Below the pieces are notes generated by a model. That model worked only from the letters and a program-made list of their open reading frames with translations, ran no database searches and was not told where the DNA came from. Of a stretch of DNA of 64,000 bases, positions 12,600-27,191 are shown one piece after another (position 1 is the first letter of the stretch; each line of letters begins with the position of its first letter). The position numbers were made by a program, and so were the translations under genes. Where the stretch lies: NCBI RefSeq assembly GCF_006345805.1, contig NC_043013.1, positions 4,712,001 to 4,776,000 on the forward strand, in the 5' to 3' direction. The stretch comes from Octopus sinensis (Eukaryota).

Positions 12600-13600
12600 G
12601 GAGCGAATAGAGAAGATTAATCCCTGCTCGCGGCGAAAATGGGAGTCCGGATGGTCCCGCTGCAAGGACAATCCGAACACAGACAGGTGTTGTAAAGAGT
12701 GACCGGTAGAGCGGAAATGGTGCGTGACCGAGGTGTCGTTGCCGAGCCGGATGTCTCGGAGGTGTTCCGCGAACCGGTCAGCCGAGCGGCGTCCCGTTTG
12801 ACCGATGAATAGAGAGGTCTCGTAGGTTGTGGGCTGGTTTGAATTGAAGGAGGGGAGGAGTCGGTTAGGGAAGATATGCGAAGTGAAGGGGTCGGACTGG
12901 AGTCGCCGGAAGGCTCAGAGAATGGTGCATTGGAGAGGTAAGGTGGTAGGTGAGGGGAAATGGGAGACAGGTGACAGCGGGGCGGGGGCGGAAAGAGAGA
13001 GCACATGCACGGTCCACGGAACGTGTTCTGGCAAGGGCGGTGTAGATATTGGTGAGGGGATATCCACGTAGGATGAAATGGCGAGCCATGAGTTGAGACT
13101 GAGTCTCAAAGTCATGGTTGTTATTGCAGAGCCTGCGTAGACGGATGAATTGGGAATAGGGGATGGAGAGTTTGGTGTGTTTAGGGTGGGAAGAGGAGGA
13201 AGAGAAGAAGGAGGAGGAGTCTGTGTGTTTGTAGTGGATGGAGGTGGTGAGAGTGGAGTGATGAATTCTGACCGAAATGTCAAGAAAGGCGACTGAGGTG
13301 CCGGAAATAGTGCAGGAGAAGTGGAGGGCGGGATGGAAAGATTTGACAAAAGAGAGGAAAATGTCTAGATGTTCGCGGGATAGTGAGGTCGTACCGATAC
13401 AGTCGTCAGTATACCAACCGTATAGTTCAGGAGTGTGACCAGTGAATATTTGGGCTTCAATGTAGCCAACGAACAGGTTCGCATAGTTGGGGCCCATTCT
13501 CGTTCCCCTGGCCACTCCCGAGATCTGCTGGTAACAATCACCCGCGAGCGAGAAGCAGTTAAGTAAGAGGACAAGTACGGCATAATGTGGTGCATAAATT
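12600..13600 (-). mobile_element. Penelope-like element (RT C-terminal half plus partial GIY-YIG), GC-rich, internally deleted
   Basis: GTRMGPNYANLFVG, YTDD, FLDI, SIPYSQFIRLRRLC; separately LFIGQTGRRSADRFAEHLRDI. Confidence 0.9.
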
Positions 13601-14499
13601 GTCAAGTAAATGAGAGGCATTTTTACCGCCACTGATTCAGTTGCAAAGTGTCGAGTAAAGTTATTTATTGCAGACCTCCTTTCAGTCTTATTATCACTCG
13701 GTCACACATAGTCCCCAGATGGTAAAATTGATTTCAAGGCCTTCCCAGATGAGTGACTGCTTATTCAAAGACATTTATAGATTGTAAATTTATTCTGTCC
13801 AGTTACGTATTAGTATAGTGGTCATTTGCAAACTCCAGAGGTTACACTTTCATTACTCCTTAGCCCTCACGTCACACAGTTGTTAATGTTTATTTCAGTT
13901 GGGTTATGCCCTTCCAATTGCTATTGATTCGTAATGCATCTTACGGCTGTGCCTGTCACCTTGATGGTGAGGAATCCTACATTGGGAGTGGTAACAACTA
14001 GGGCAGGGTAGCTGACTGCTTATTGTGATCATTCGTCTTTTGGTTTCCTGTAGCTTTGCTCTCTTTTACAAACCCAGTGAAGATATATTTCCTATTTCAA
14101 AGAAATTCAAACAATAGATATAAGACCTAAGTTAAAAAGATTCTCAAGAATTCAACTTCTCTGCTTGACATTAAGATGCCCACTCCCAATAGGGGCCTTA
14201 ACTCTCACATTTTAGAGCTCCATGACCTTCATTTTTCATGAGCAAAATCCTTTTAACAGGTTCAATAAGACTGGAATTTTGGAATATGCGCATAAAAATC
14301 AGTAGTGTGGGATACATGTGGCACGATTACAATTTATTTTTAGGGTGTGTAAAAAGGGAAATAACCCTCATCTGCAATTTTGATGAAATTCGAAACATAG
14401 GTATTCCAGTTCATTACAGAAAATATAACAGAAAAGTCTAATTCTTCAATTGAATGTAACACTGGCAACGCCAGGTATCTCTGCTAGCATATATATATA

Positions 14500-14960
14500 T
14501 ATATATATATAAACAAGAAAGAAGCAACAAGAATGGATTAGTTTTTAGTACAATTGTTTCATACAAAGACAGGCTTTATTAAAAGTTGCAAAAATTGCAG
14601 CAGATAAAAGTGTCCCGTACTCATCAGCTAAAATACATATGAGTTCTCCAAACATCTTAGTGGGTGAGGCCATACTCATGAAATATTGGAGATAATTTCA
14701 TTAAAAGCAGATTTAGGTTGTAAACAGATTTCCGAAGTTCCTTAATGATGATGCACAGTCTTATCACAGGTTTTTAAAAAAAGCTTATTAGCTTCACAGA
14801 GAAGGTGAATTAATCCGTAGTGTAGATGTAAATTTCCAGAGATATGAGGAGGAATTTCATACTCACAGACGATGAATTTATCCATGGTTAATCCGCAATG
14901 AGGTGGTATCATTTCATGCTATATGATAAGGTATTTGCCACATTACTGTTCTTTTCACAA
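14500..14960 (-). mobile_element. Penelope-like terminal (pLTR) fragment
   Basis: Contains a hammerhead motif and is flanked by (TA)n; family assignment is by motif context only. Confidence 0.55.
14543..14633 (-). ncRNA. Type I hammerhead ribozyme motif with canonical core
   Basis: Minus strand: TTTTAG CTGATGA GTAC [about 60-nt loop] GTAT GAAA CAATTG TA CTAAAA; stems I (6 bp), II (4 bp) and palindromic III all pair. Confidence 0.75.
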
Positions 14961-14978
14961 GACTGCTAAGTTATATAT

Positions 14979-15033
<55 letters not shown>

Positions 15034-15037
<4 letters not shown>

Positions 15038-15620
15038 CAAAGAAGAAAAAGGAGAAAATAATTAGTTGACAAACATCAGCTTACAAACATCATTTGAATC
15101 TATTTATTAATTGCAATCATATGGACAAATAAATAAATAAATAAATAAATAAATGAATAAGAATGAGTTCATAAAATTTTCCTCTTACAGCATATATATG
15201 TATATGCATGTATGTATATGCATGTATGTATATGCATTAGTGTATGTGTATGTATTTGTATGTGGACGTGATTGTACGTATATATGGATACAAATGTATG
15301 TACATAGGTTTGTGTGTGTGTGTGTGTGTGTGCGTGTGTATGTGTGTGTGTGTATTTCTCTAATGAAGCTTTGGGGCTCAATTATTGTCCAACTTTTGTA
15401 CAATCTTTGTACAATCACTGTATAATATTTTGTGTAATATTAGTATGATATGTCAACTTTGGCATACCGGACCCCGGAAGCAGAAACAGCTGTAAGAGGA
15501 AAATTTTATTCACACATTTATTCTTATTTATTTATTTATCCATATGATTATAATTAATAAATAGATTCAATTGATGTTTGTCAGCTAATTATCTTCTCCA
15601 TTTTCTTCTTTGCCTTATAA
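15034..15620. repeat. Inverted-repeat (foldback) PLE terminal structure
   Basis: 15034-15145 is the reverse complement of about 15525-15620; 15170-15192 pairs with 15489-15512. Confidence 0.65.
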
Positions 15621-16036
15621 ATTCTAGGTAAACCCTTGTTTACCTCCACTCATGCCTATTATTCTCTTGCCCTATTGCCTTACAACAGTATGCATTTGGA
15701 TATAAACACATAGGTATATATCCATTAGTATATAGGATATTTATTATCCCTTAGACGGTTGTTTACCCTCTAACTGATATAGACTTATATGTGTGTGCGT
15801 GTTCGTGTGTATGTGTGTGTGTGTGTGTGTGTGTGCATATATGTATTTGTATATATTTGTATGTGGATGTAATTATAGATATATATATGGATACAAATGT
15901 ATGTACATGAGGATGTGTGTGTGTGTGTATTTCTATATGTACGTATGAGTTTGTGACTATATATGTATAAGTGAACAAAAACATAAGCCACACCCAGATA
16001 TATGTAGGGTGTAAATGTGCCGGCGCAGATGTATGT

Positions 16037-16038
16037 AT

Positions 16039-16133
<95 letters not shown>
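16037..16133. repeat. (GATA)n microsatellite with no adjacent Tx1 element
   Basis: Direct inspection. Confidence 0.95.
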
Positions 16134-16134
<1 letters not shown>

Positions 16135-16527
16135 GTTTAAGAGACAGAATCACCCTCAAGCAACTCAATCATCATTGCACGACATTATCCACGATAGGTA
16201 CATATAGGACAAAATATGAAAAAATTATCAAAATTAATACCTTCAATTCTTATTCTAAATCATATGCATTACATTATATAGACTTCGCGCGTTTCATGAC
16301 AACATATTCCTCGATTTTGCTGAAATAGAAGTTCTCGAAATACCATATTCAAACGATTATATTGCCAATCTTCAGGTCTAGATTATATGAACTTATTTTA
16401 CAATTTACATCCTATATAAAGACATGACAAACTAAAATTATATAACTAGAAGTTGTAGGAATAATTTTATTTTATATGGTCATGTACTGCGGATGGCTGA
16501 GGAGAGATGGGTGAAGAAGTGCCAACC

Positions 16528-16627
<100 letters not shown>

Positions 16628-17259
16628 GATAAAACTTACTTTAGAAGTGGATGCGTGCGTTCTATCATATAATAAAATAATAAAACATATACATATATAC
16701 ATACATATATGTACGTACCTACATCTATATGTATATATACACGCATATATGGCTACAGGACACCAAAAAAACGTCGAACACAATGAAAAACGAAAACATA
16801 AACACAAAACCAAGGAACTGGACATTTTTCTTAAACAACGAAAAAACAGGAGAGTACAAGACATACAACACAAAGGAACATTCCCCTTCTTCAGCCGCCT
16901 CTGTTTCATCTACTCCACGTTTCTCAGATACGAAAATAATTTTTTAAATACTTATTGATAAATGACGAGGTGATCACAGCTTCTAAATTACGCTGATTGT
17001 TATTTAACTTGTTGCCATTAGCTTGTTTGTATGAAATGGCAACAGCTGTTGGATAGGAAGTAACCATAACGCAATGTCGAGTAGTAGTTTTCTTTGCTTT
17101 TGTTAGGAATTCTAATGTGTTGTTAGATCGATGATACAATGTCTTTAAGATTGAGTGCTTTAATAATAGCTTCTTGTTTCTAAAAGAGCAATAATTGTTG
17201 GTGTAGAATTGTGTGATAGGGCTGTTTTCTTTGTTATATTCTTCAAATTATATGTAACC

Positions 17260-17680
17260 TATTTCTTTACTACCCACAAGGGGCTAAACACAGAGGGGAC
17301 AAACAAGGACAGACAGACGGATTAAGTCGATTATACCGACCCCAGGGCATAACTGGTACTTAATTTATCGACCCCAAAAGGATGAAAGGCAAAGTCGACC
17401 TCGGCGGAATTTGAACTCACAACCTAACGGCAGACGAAATACCTATTTCTATTTCTTTATTACCCACAAGGGGCTAAACACAGAGGGGACAAACAAGGAC
17501 AGACATAGGTATTAAGTCGATTACATTGACCCCAGTGCGTAACTGGTACTTAATTTGTCGACCCCGAAAGGATGAAAGGCAAAGTCGACCTCGGCGGAAT
17601 TTGAACTCACAACGTAACGGCAGACGAAATACCGCTAAGCATTTCGCCCGGCGTGCTAACGTTTCTGCCAGCTCGCCGCC
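17260..17680 (-). mobile_element. SINE family 2, one full plus one partial tandem unit inside a single TSD
   Basis: Minus head GGCGGCGAGCTGGCAGAAACG...GAGTTCAAATTCC (A/B boxes); 18-bp TSD TTCAAATTATATGTAACC at 17242-17259 and 17681-17698. Confidence 0.92.
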
Positions 17681-18088
17681 TTCAAATTATATGTAACCAG
17701 CAACCAAACCATCCCTCTTTAAACAGCAAAATAAAAATAAACAAAAACTAATTATATCCCTAATTAAACACAAATATCCCTACTCATCACCAACATCATT
17801 AACACAAACTCACTCCTATTTTCACTCCACCAACTTTGCCAAAACTCTCATTTCACACATATCTCAAAACTAAATCATGTAAATTATTCAATCCATAAAG
17901 GTACCCCTTAGAAAATATATACCTACATATTCTCTGCTAAAGTGACTACAAACTCTGAAAACTACCATGTAGGACTATTTGTACACAAATTCAAATTCTA
18001 AGCCAACACCTGGACCCGTTTAGACATATTAGCAGTAAATCAAATACTAATCTAACAAATTTATAGGGATCCTCAAAAGCCGTGCTAC

Positions 18089-18344
18089 AGGCGCAGGAGT
18101 GGCTGTGTGGTAAGTAGCTTGCTAACCAACCACATGGTTCCAGGTTCAGTCCCACTGCGTGGCAAGGCGCAGGAGTGGCTGTATGGTAAGTAGCTTGCTA
18201 ACCAGCCACATGGTTCCGGGTTCAGTCCCACTGCGTGGCATCTTGGGCAAGTGTCTTCTGCTATAGCCCCGGGCCGACCAATGCCTTGTGAGTGGATTTG
18301 GTAGACGGAAACTGAAAGAAGCTTGTCGTATATATGTATATATT

Positions 18345-18380
<36 letters not shown>

Positions 18381-18592
18381 TATGTCTGTGTTTGTCCCCC
18401 TAGTATTGCTTGACAACCGATGCTGGTGTGTTTACGTCCCTGTAACTTAGCGGTACGGCAAAAGAGACCGATAGAATAAGTACTGGGCTTACAAAGAATA
18501 AGTCCCGGGGTCGATTTGCTCGACTAAAGGCGGTGCTCCAGCATGGCCGCAGTCAAATGACTGAAACAAGTAAAAGAAAGAAAAGAAAGAAA
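18089..18592 (+). mobile_element. SINE family 1 with duplicated 76-bp head
   Basis: Head 18089-18164 is repeated at 18165 and followed by a full body. Confidence 0.92.
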
Positions 18593-18812
18593 GGTGCGAG
18601 AATGAGTTGAAACAATTGCGTTGGTTTTCTTTTTAATAAAGAATCTCCTGAATTTCATTTTCTGTCTCTGATCCATTTATATAAAATCTACAGACGCTAT
18701 GGAATGCCTAAAATATACTGAAGTAGGATGTGCATTGAGTAGCCAGTAACTGCAGATGAGCTTTTAACTGCATTTCATAATATTTTTATCCGAACATAAC
18801 TGGACCTCACAC

Positions 18813-18900
<88 letters not shown>

Positions 18901-19126
18901 GTTTGCGAGTTTGTTCACCAACATTGCTTGACAACAGATGCTGGTGTGTTTTGCGTGTAACTTAGTGGTTCAGCAAAAAAAAAGACCGATAGAAAAAGTA
19001 CTAGGCTTACAAAGAATAAGCCATAGGGTTAATTTGCACGACCAAATGCGGTACTTCAGCATGGCCGCAGTCAAATGATTGAAACAAGTAAAAGAATAAA
19101 AGAATGTGTGTGTGTGGTGTGTGTGT

Positions 19127-19183
<57 letters not shown>

Positions 19184-19683
19184 ATCTTTCTTCGTTTTTG
19201 TATCTGGTTTGCAAGGTTCTTTCATTAAATTATCTTTATCTCTCATCCCTTACTTGTTTCACTCATTTGATTGAGTCCATGCCGAGGCACTGTCTTGAAG
19301 GTTTTTAGTCAAACAAATTGACCCCAGGGCTTATATATATTAAGCCTAGTACTTATTCTATTGGTACCTTTTGCCAAACCAAACCGCTAAGCAACGAGAA
19401 GTAAATACACGAATAACAGTTGTCCAGTGGTGGTGGGAGAAGAAATGTACACACACACACACACACACACTTTCTCTGTCGCTTTCTCTATCCCTCTCCC
19501 TTCTCCTTCTCTCTAGCGTTGCCCTGACAGACTTTGAAACTTTTCATCAGTAACCTTGCCCTTTTTCTTCAGCGACATTGATTCCTTTTTCTAATATAGC
19601 AATGTATTATGCGCACACATGCTTAAGCTGTTTCTTGCAGACTAGCATGGTCATCCCTTTTTTCTTTAATTCACTACCTAGAG

Positions 19684-19885
19684 CAGTGGTTTTCAACCAG
19701 GGTTCCGCCAGTACAATCCAGGGGTTCCGCAAGAAGTTACAAAACTGCTAAAATCGGCAGTAATTTTTAATTCTCCTGTGCAGATATGTGTGCATAAGAC
19801 TATTAAATTATTGCACAGGGTTCCCCCCGAGCCAGTGGAATGTTTCCTTGGGGTTCCGCTCCAGCAAAAAGTTTGAAAAGCACTG
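19684..19885. mobile_element. hAT MITE
   Basis: TIRs CAGTGGTTTTCAAC / TTTGAAAAGCACTG; 8-bp TSD ACCTAGAG; inverted sister copy at 58010. Confidence 0.92.
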
Positions 19886-20794
19886 ACCTAGAGAACTATA
19901 TCTTCCGGCTTGCTCATGTTGTTCACGTGATCCCTCCCTCTTGCCCCCTAACCACCACCAGATCAACGAAACAGTTTATGTGAGCTGCTGCTTACTGCAA
20001 GGATGTCTTTTTAGGCAACGGCCTCAAAATAGAATTAAATAAAAGACCCTAGTAATAAGCAGCATTAACTCCCATAACCCCTCACATTATTAGACAGGTT
20101 GCTCTCAAGTACTATTAGGTAAATGTTTTTCTGATGGAGGGAGTGTGCATTGTGCTACGCACCCAATGACCACTGTAACCAAAACCACGTGCAGGTGAAT
20201 AAAAAAAATCGAGTAAAACAAAAACAAAAGTTTTATTGCCACTTATATGGTGTGCTTCAATCGGAACTCCGCCAAAACATGGAAATGAAGAGAGAATTAG
20301 TTAAAATCACAACGATTACATTTTCTTCAATACATAAAAAATAATTCATAATATTATAAAAAAAATGGGCACAAAGTAAGACAATCTGATTAAGAAAAGT
20401 AATTTTACCTGCTTATTTTGTTCCCAAAGCTTGGTCAGCGTTTAAAACTGCAGATTTATAAAGAAAAAGAACTATTAAAATTAATTCTATCCTGTTCTTA
20501 ACAAAAATGATTTTTTCCTCACTATGTATCTCTCTCCCTCTCCCTCCCCCTCACCCTCCCTCTCTCTCTCTCTCCCTCTCTCTCTCTCCCTCTCCCTCTC
20601 TCTTTCCCTCTCAATCTCTACCTCTCATCCCTCTCTCTTTCTCTTTTTCACCGTCTCTCTTCTCTCTTACACACACACAAGCAATCAATAAACGCCTATA
20701 TCGAAATTGCAATACACAATAACAAAAGAAAACTGTGTGCACTCATATGCGAGAGAAGGAGAGAGAAAAAAGAGTGCCTGCGCGCTATGGCGTG

Positions 20795-20897
<103 letters not shown>

Positions 20898-21009
20898 GTA
20901 TGTAGACGGCTGAACATGTATGCGCCTTAATGTAAGCATGCACATCTTTTATTATTTATCTTTTACTTTTTATCTTTTACTTATTTCATTCACTGAAAAA
21001 AAAATGGCA

Positions 21010-22028
21010 AATATATTTGAATGACGACTTTATTATTTGGAATGTGACCATTGATAAACTTTTGGAATTTAAATCAATACTAAATTATATAAATCCAAAC
21101 ACTCAGTTTACAATGGAATATAGGAAAGAACAACTCCCTTTCTTAGATATTCTGGTAAAAAAAGAGTCAAGAGACGAAATTGTAACCGACATCTATCATA
21201 AACCAACGGACCCGAAGCAATATCTTCTGTTTAGTTCAAACCACCCGCAACACATCAAAAGAAATATTCCATTTAATTTTTAAAAAATGATTTGCACAAT
21301 AGTTTCTGATGGAAATACTCGGGACCTCCGTCTTCAAGACCGCAGAACAACACAAACCGAGAGACATTTATAGATGAGGAAATTAAACGTACCAAGAAAA
21401 TAGATAGGCGCAGGAGTGGCTGTGTGGTAAGTAGCTTGCTAATCAACTACATGGTTCCGGGTTCAGTCCCACTGCGTGGCATCTTGGGCAAGTGTCTTCT
21501 GCTATAGCCCCGGGCCGACCAATGCCTTGTGAGTGGATTTGGTAGACGGAAACTGAAAGAAGCCCGTCGTATATATATATATAAATGTATGTGTGTGTGT
21601 ATGTTTGTCCCCCTAGCATTGCTTGACAACCGATGCTGGTGTGTTTACGTCCCCGTAACTTAGCGGTTCGGCAAAAGAGACCGATAGAATAAGTACTGGC
21701 GGTGCTCCAGCATGGCCGCAGTCAAATGACTGAAACAAGTAAAAGAGTAAAAGAGTATTAAAACATGAAGGGAAACAAAACGAAACCCCATACTTCGTCT
21801 CAAATACTACCCTCAAATACTATCGACTCACAACCCTAGAAACAATGAGGCATACAACACTATTGTACAAAATCCACCAATGCTCATTAGGGACCTAAAG
21901 TTGAACTACATTCTTAAAACACAAATTCATTAAATGTAAAAAGCAACCCAAATCGATGAAAAGACCACCGACAATGGCAAAACTATACACAACAACCACG
22001 AAATCAATAGTTAAAACTTGTAGGCCGA
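21010..22028 (+). mobile_element. Penelope-like RT/linker fragment interrupted by a SINE1 copy (21406-21757)
   Basis: DDFIIW...QFTME...LPFLDILV...YHKPTD...QYL...HPQHIKRNIPF; the downstream part resembles 30.9-31.1 kb. Confidence 0.82.
21406..21757 (+). mobile_element. SINE family 1 with an internal deletion
   Basis: Head to GTAAAAGA tail; lacks about 45 bp present in other copies. Confidence 0.9.
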
Positions 22029-22103
22029 CTGCAGTTCGGCTCAAGAGACGAACTGCAGGAAAGTGCGCCTCACAAACGGCGACCACACATGTTCACCGTC
22101 GTC
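22026..22103 (-). mobile_element. Tx1-like ORF2 fragment B (5' junction in TCTA repeat)
   Basis: [13 protein letters not shown] matches DDGEQVWSPFVRH of the neighbouring copy. Confidence 0.85.
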
Positions 22104-22190
<87 letters not shown>

Positions 22191-22205
22191 CAGATAGACG
22201 GATAA

Positions 22206-22290
<85 letters not shown>
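22104..22290. repeat. (TAGA)n between Tx1 copies
   Basis: Direct inspection. Confidence 0.95.
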
Positions 22291-22292
<2 letters not shown>

Positions 22293-25200
22293 TGTTTCTT
22301 TATTAGCCACACAGGGCTGCACACAGATAGAACAAATTACAAGGTAGAGCTTTTCTTTTGGGGGTAAAAAAAAGGGAGTGGTGGTTTTCGATCAAAAGGG
22401 ATCGTAAAGGGAAAGAAAGAGGACAAAAAAAGGGAGGGGTTAATAAAAAAAAGAGGTGGGGGAGAGCAAAAAAATTGATCAATAGGGATCGTTATCACAG
22501 AAATGTCAATATGAAGTGTAAAGGGGAGAACAGGTGAGGTTTACCCGTGGAAAGAAAAGCCTACGGAAAAGACCACGGTAACCTCGGTCAATGAAGTCAC
22601 ATGTTATATTTCTTTTTTTTTTGCAAATAAGCAACTCTCTGTATTAATTTTTATGGTTCATAGAATCATAGTCAAGGTGGCTTCGTCATTCATACGTGCC
22701 ATTCTTGCTACATTCACCCATCTTTTTTTAAAACATTCACTAGACAAAACTTGCCTCTCTACTCTCACTTTCCTCTTCAAGTGATACTTGAAGAAGTTGA
22801 TGAGAGATTGACCAGAGAGGAAAGTGTTTGTCTCTAATCCTTTCAGGCGCGTCCACCAGATACATTCTTTCGCCATAGCCACAAGTATGATAAAAATAGC
22901 TCTTCCTTCCCGTTTGAAGGAAGGCGGCGTGACGATATTAACGATAGACTCGGCTGATAAACCGACACGTCCCACACGTGACAGCAGTCGTTCGACATAA
23001 GCCCACAGGTCGGAAATTGCTGGACACTGCACGATTGCGTGCAGAGCGGTTTCGTCGCTCTGACCGCATCTCGGGCAGGTCGGCCCCGTGTTTCTCGAGC
23101 CATGCCTATAGAGCTTATCCCGAACGGGTAGCGCTTCTCGGTAGCACCGCCAGGCCAGGGATCTCTGGAAGTTGTCCATAGGTCCGGGCCGAAAGTCGTT
23201 TGAAACAGGCGGGTCAGGTATTCCTCGTCGACGCCCAGGTTTGCCCCGAGCTCGTCGTCGTACCTCCCCTCCACTAATCCCCTATAGAATGCTTTGGTTG
23301 TGTTGAAGTCACTCAAGGTCGACCCGGGACGGCAGAGTTGCTTGAGAGCAACGCGACACTCGCGGTGCCAATCGCCCTTCCTCGGCCTCTTTTTGATCCA
23401 CGACTGTAGTTCGGTCATGGAGACGAGTTGCGGGAATGCGTGCCTCACAAACGGCGACCACACCTGTTCACCGTCGTCTACATAGAGCCGGAGATGTCGC
23501 AGTCTCAGCGCGTGTCTGCGCATCAACCACGGCATGCCCAGCCCTCCTTTGAACGGGTGTTGACAGCAAATGGATCGCCTGACCATCGGGACGCATCCTT
23601 TCCACAAGAAGCGGAAGAGGATGCGTTCTAGTTTGGTGATGGTAGGGTCGGGACAAGGTACGACGGTCAGGCGGTAGTAGATGATGGACGCGATGTACGC
23701 GTTCACCACCTCCGCCCGACCTTTTAGGGACAGTTTCCTCTCGGCCCATTGCTGGGCGAGAGTGACCACCCTACTCGTTATCTCGTTCCAGTTCTTCTCC
23801 ATTTGGAGGTCCGGACCGAACCAGACCCCGAGCAACTCAACCGGGTCGTCTGTCCAGCGTCCCACGACGGAGGTACTGGTGGACGGCATGGGCTTGCTTC
23901 TCCAGGTGCCGAGCCGCAAGCCCACTGACTTTTCCCGGTTGGTTTTTGCTCCTGTCACCGCTTCGTAGTCTTTCAGTGTCTTGCCGACCCGCTCGATGTG
24001 CTCGTGGCTTGACACTATGACGGTGACGTCGTCCGCGTATGCAGACACGCTCGTCCCGCATCCCAATTCTCGCGGGATGCCCCTTAGAGTCGCCAGCTTC
24101 CGCAGTAGTGGCTCAAGAGTCAATACGTATAGAAGCGCCGAGAGGGGGCATCCCTGACGGACCGAACGTGCAATGTCGAAAGGTCTCGATAGATGTCCAT
24201 TTACGCGAATTACCGAACGGATGCCTCTGTACAAGGCAGCTATCCAGCCGCGGAAGACGGGACCGAAACCCGCCGCTCTCAGGACTGCCTCCAAGTATCG
24301 ATGGTCTACCCTATCAAAGGCTTTCGATTGATCCAAGTTGATCAGGGCCCCACCCATGCCAGGTTCGTTAACTACCCTGTCTATGATGTAGCGCATCAGA
24401 TGGAGGTTGTCATGGATGCTCCGGCCCGGCACGGCGCACGTTTGTGCGTTGTCGACCAGTTTCTCGATGACAAGCGCCAACCTCTTGGCTAACACCTTTG
24501 TCAAAATTTTCAGGTCTGCATTGAGCAGCGTGATTGGTCTAAAGTTATCTATAATGTTTCCCTTGTTTGGATCTTTCTTTAGCAGAGTTACCGCTCCTCG
24601 ACTCACAAAACCGGGTATGCTCCCGTTTTGCTGCCAGTTGCAGTATACCGCTGCCAAGACGTCTCCAAACAAGTCTGGCATACAATTGTAAAACTCGTAG
24701 GGTAGACCATCCAAACCCGGTGATTTGTCCCTCGAGCATTCTGCTATCGCTTCCTGCACTTCCGCCGCCGTGATGGCACCTTCGCAGCACCCTGCCTTTC
24801 TTGTCGAGAGTCGTGGCAGGCTATGTAGGTAGGCACTGAAGTCCACCCTACGTTCTTGCCCTCCACTCGTCCCGAACAGTCGGGAAAAATGCTGCTGAAA
24901 GGCCTCACACATTTTACTTGGCTCGAGCAATTCGCGCCCCTGTTCATCTACCAGTGACCGAATGGTGGCTTTGTTGCCCTGTTGCGCCTCTGCCACCCGG
25001 GCCTCTCTCGCGGCTCCAACACCTTCGTTCCTTAGAGCACGCATCCTAGCTCTGACAGCACATCCTTCGTGTTTGGCGTTGAAGTGTTGGTCGAGGGCCA
25101 ACCTCGCCACCAAAACGTCGGATGCGATGCCGCTTCTAATTGCCTCTTCTAGCTTCTTAACTAGCTCACCCTCTACTCTATTTCTATCTATGGCTAGTGC

Positions 25201-25486
25201 TTTGCTGTACCTAATCGCTTCTGCTTTTACTGCTCTCTTGAGGGCAAACCACCATTTGTTGTTGATGATGGCTCCCGTCAAAGCCCTCTTTACTAGTGTG
25301 CTAATCCGGTCTCTGAAAACTTGTCTGGACGGGAATGATGCGTTCAGTTTCCAGTACCCAGGACCCTGTCTATGTGCCTTATCTAAGTCTAGCGTACACG
25401 TCACCAATTTGTGATCCGTGTAGCTGACTGTGTGGAATTGTGGACATCCTAAGTTATCCTTGTCTACTGTCCTACACAGTATCCAA
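22291..25486 (-). mobile_element. Tx1-like LINE copy A, 5'-truncated, ORF2 nearly intact (one frameshift near 23.2 kb)
   Basis: End of APE domain (YTDH), RT (KSPGLDGLP, NFRPITLLN, DQSKAFDRV, RQGCPLS, YADD), zf-RVT-like CPRC...HAIVQC; 3' UTR ending GGCTAATAAAGAAA. Confidence 0.95.
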
Positions 25487-26431
<945 letters not shown>

Positions 26432-26529
26432 GCAAAGCTAGATGCTATAACAAGTAAGAATTTTAGTTTAGATAATTGGGGCAGTGAAAGGAACGGGCGG
26501 GTTGCTCCACCCTATAAGGATAAGAAAAA

Positions 26530-27123
26530 TACTGGTAATAGAGACATACCTAATAATCAAGTCACGATTTTGAGAGACTTTGAGAGAGCAGCTAGATTTC
26601 GCCCTTACGTACGCCGTAAGTCTGAAAATAAGGACTACATTTAGTATAACGTTCCCTTCAACTGTGCCATATCCACAAACATATATGGGAAGTTTATGAC
26701 AATTTTAGAAAACACTCCCCTGCTTCCCATAGATATAACAGAATTTTTTCCGTAAGACAGTTAAAATCTCATATTCTACTCTCCCCAATATGGGTACCAT
26801 CATAGCAAGATTAAATAGAAAGAATATTAAATGAGCAAGAGGTGGTAATAATAATAATATCACTGTCAACACTAACTTAAACCCCCTACAGTGTGGATAA
26901 TAATATTAATGGTGACGTAGGAAATAGAAACAGCAGTATTAATGCTTCTAATATATACGATATAGACTGTAGCTCTGAGGTCTATACAAGCATAGGGATT
27001 ACTGATACACCTGATGATGCTAGGATGAATATGAATGATACTACGGTTGAAGGATGGAGAGATAATAACAGATATGAAAATAATACACACGATAGTAGTA
27101 GCAAAATTAATAATAATAGTGAT

Positions 27124-27191
<68 letters not shown>

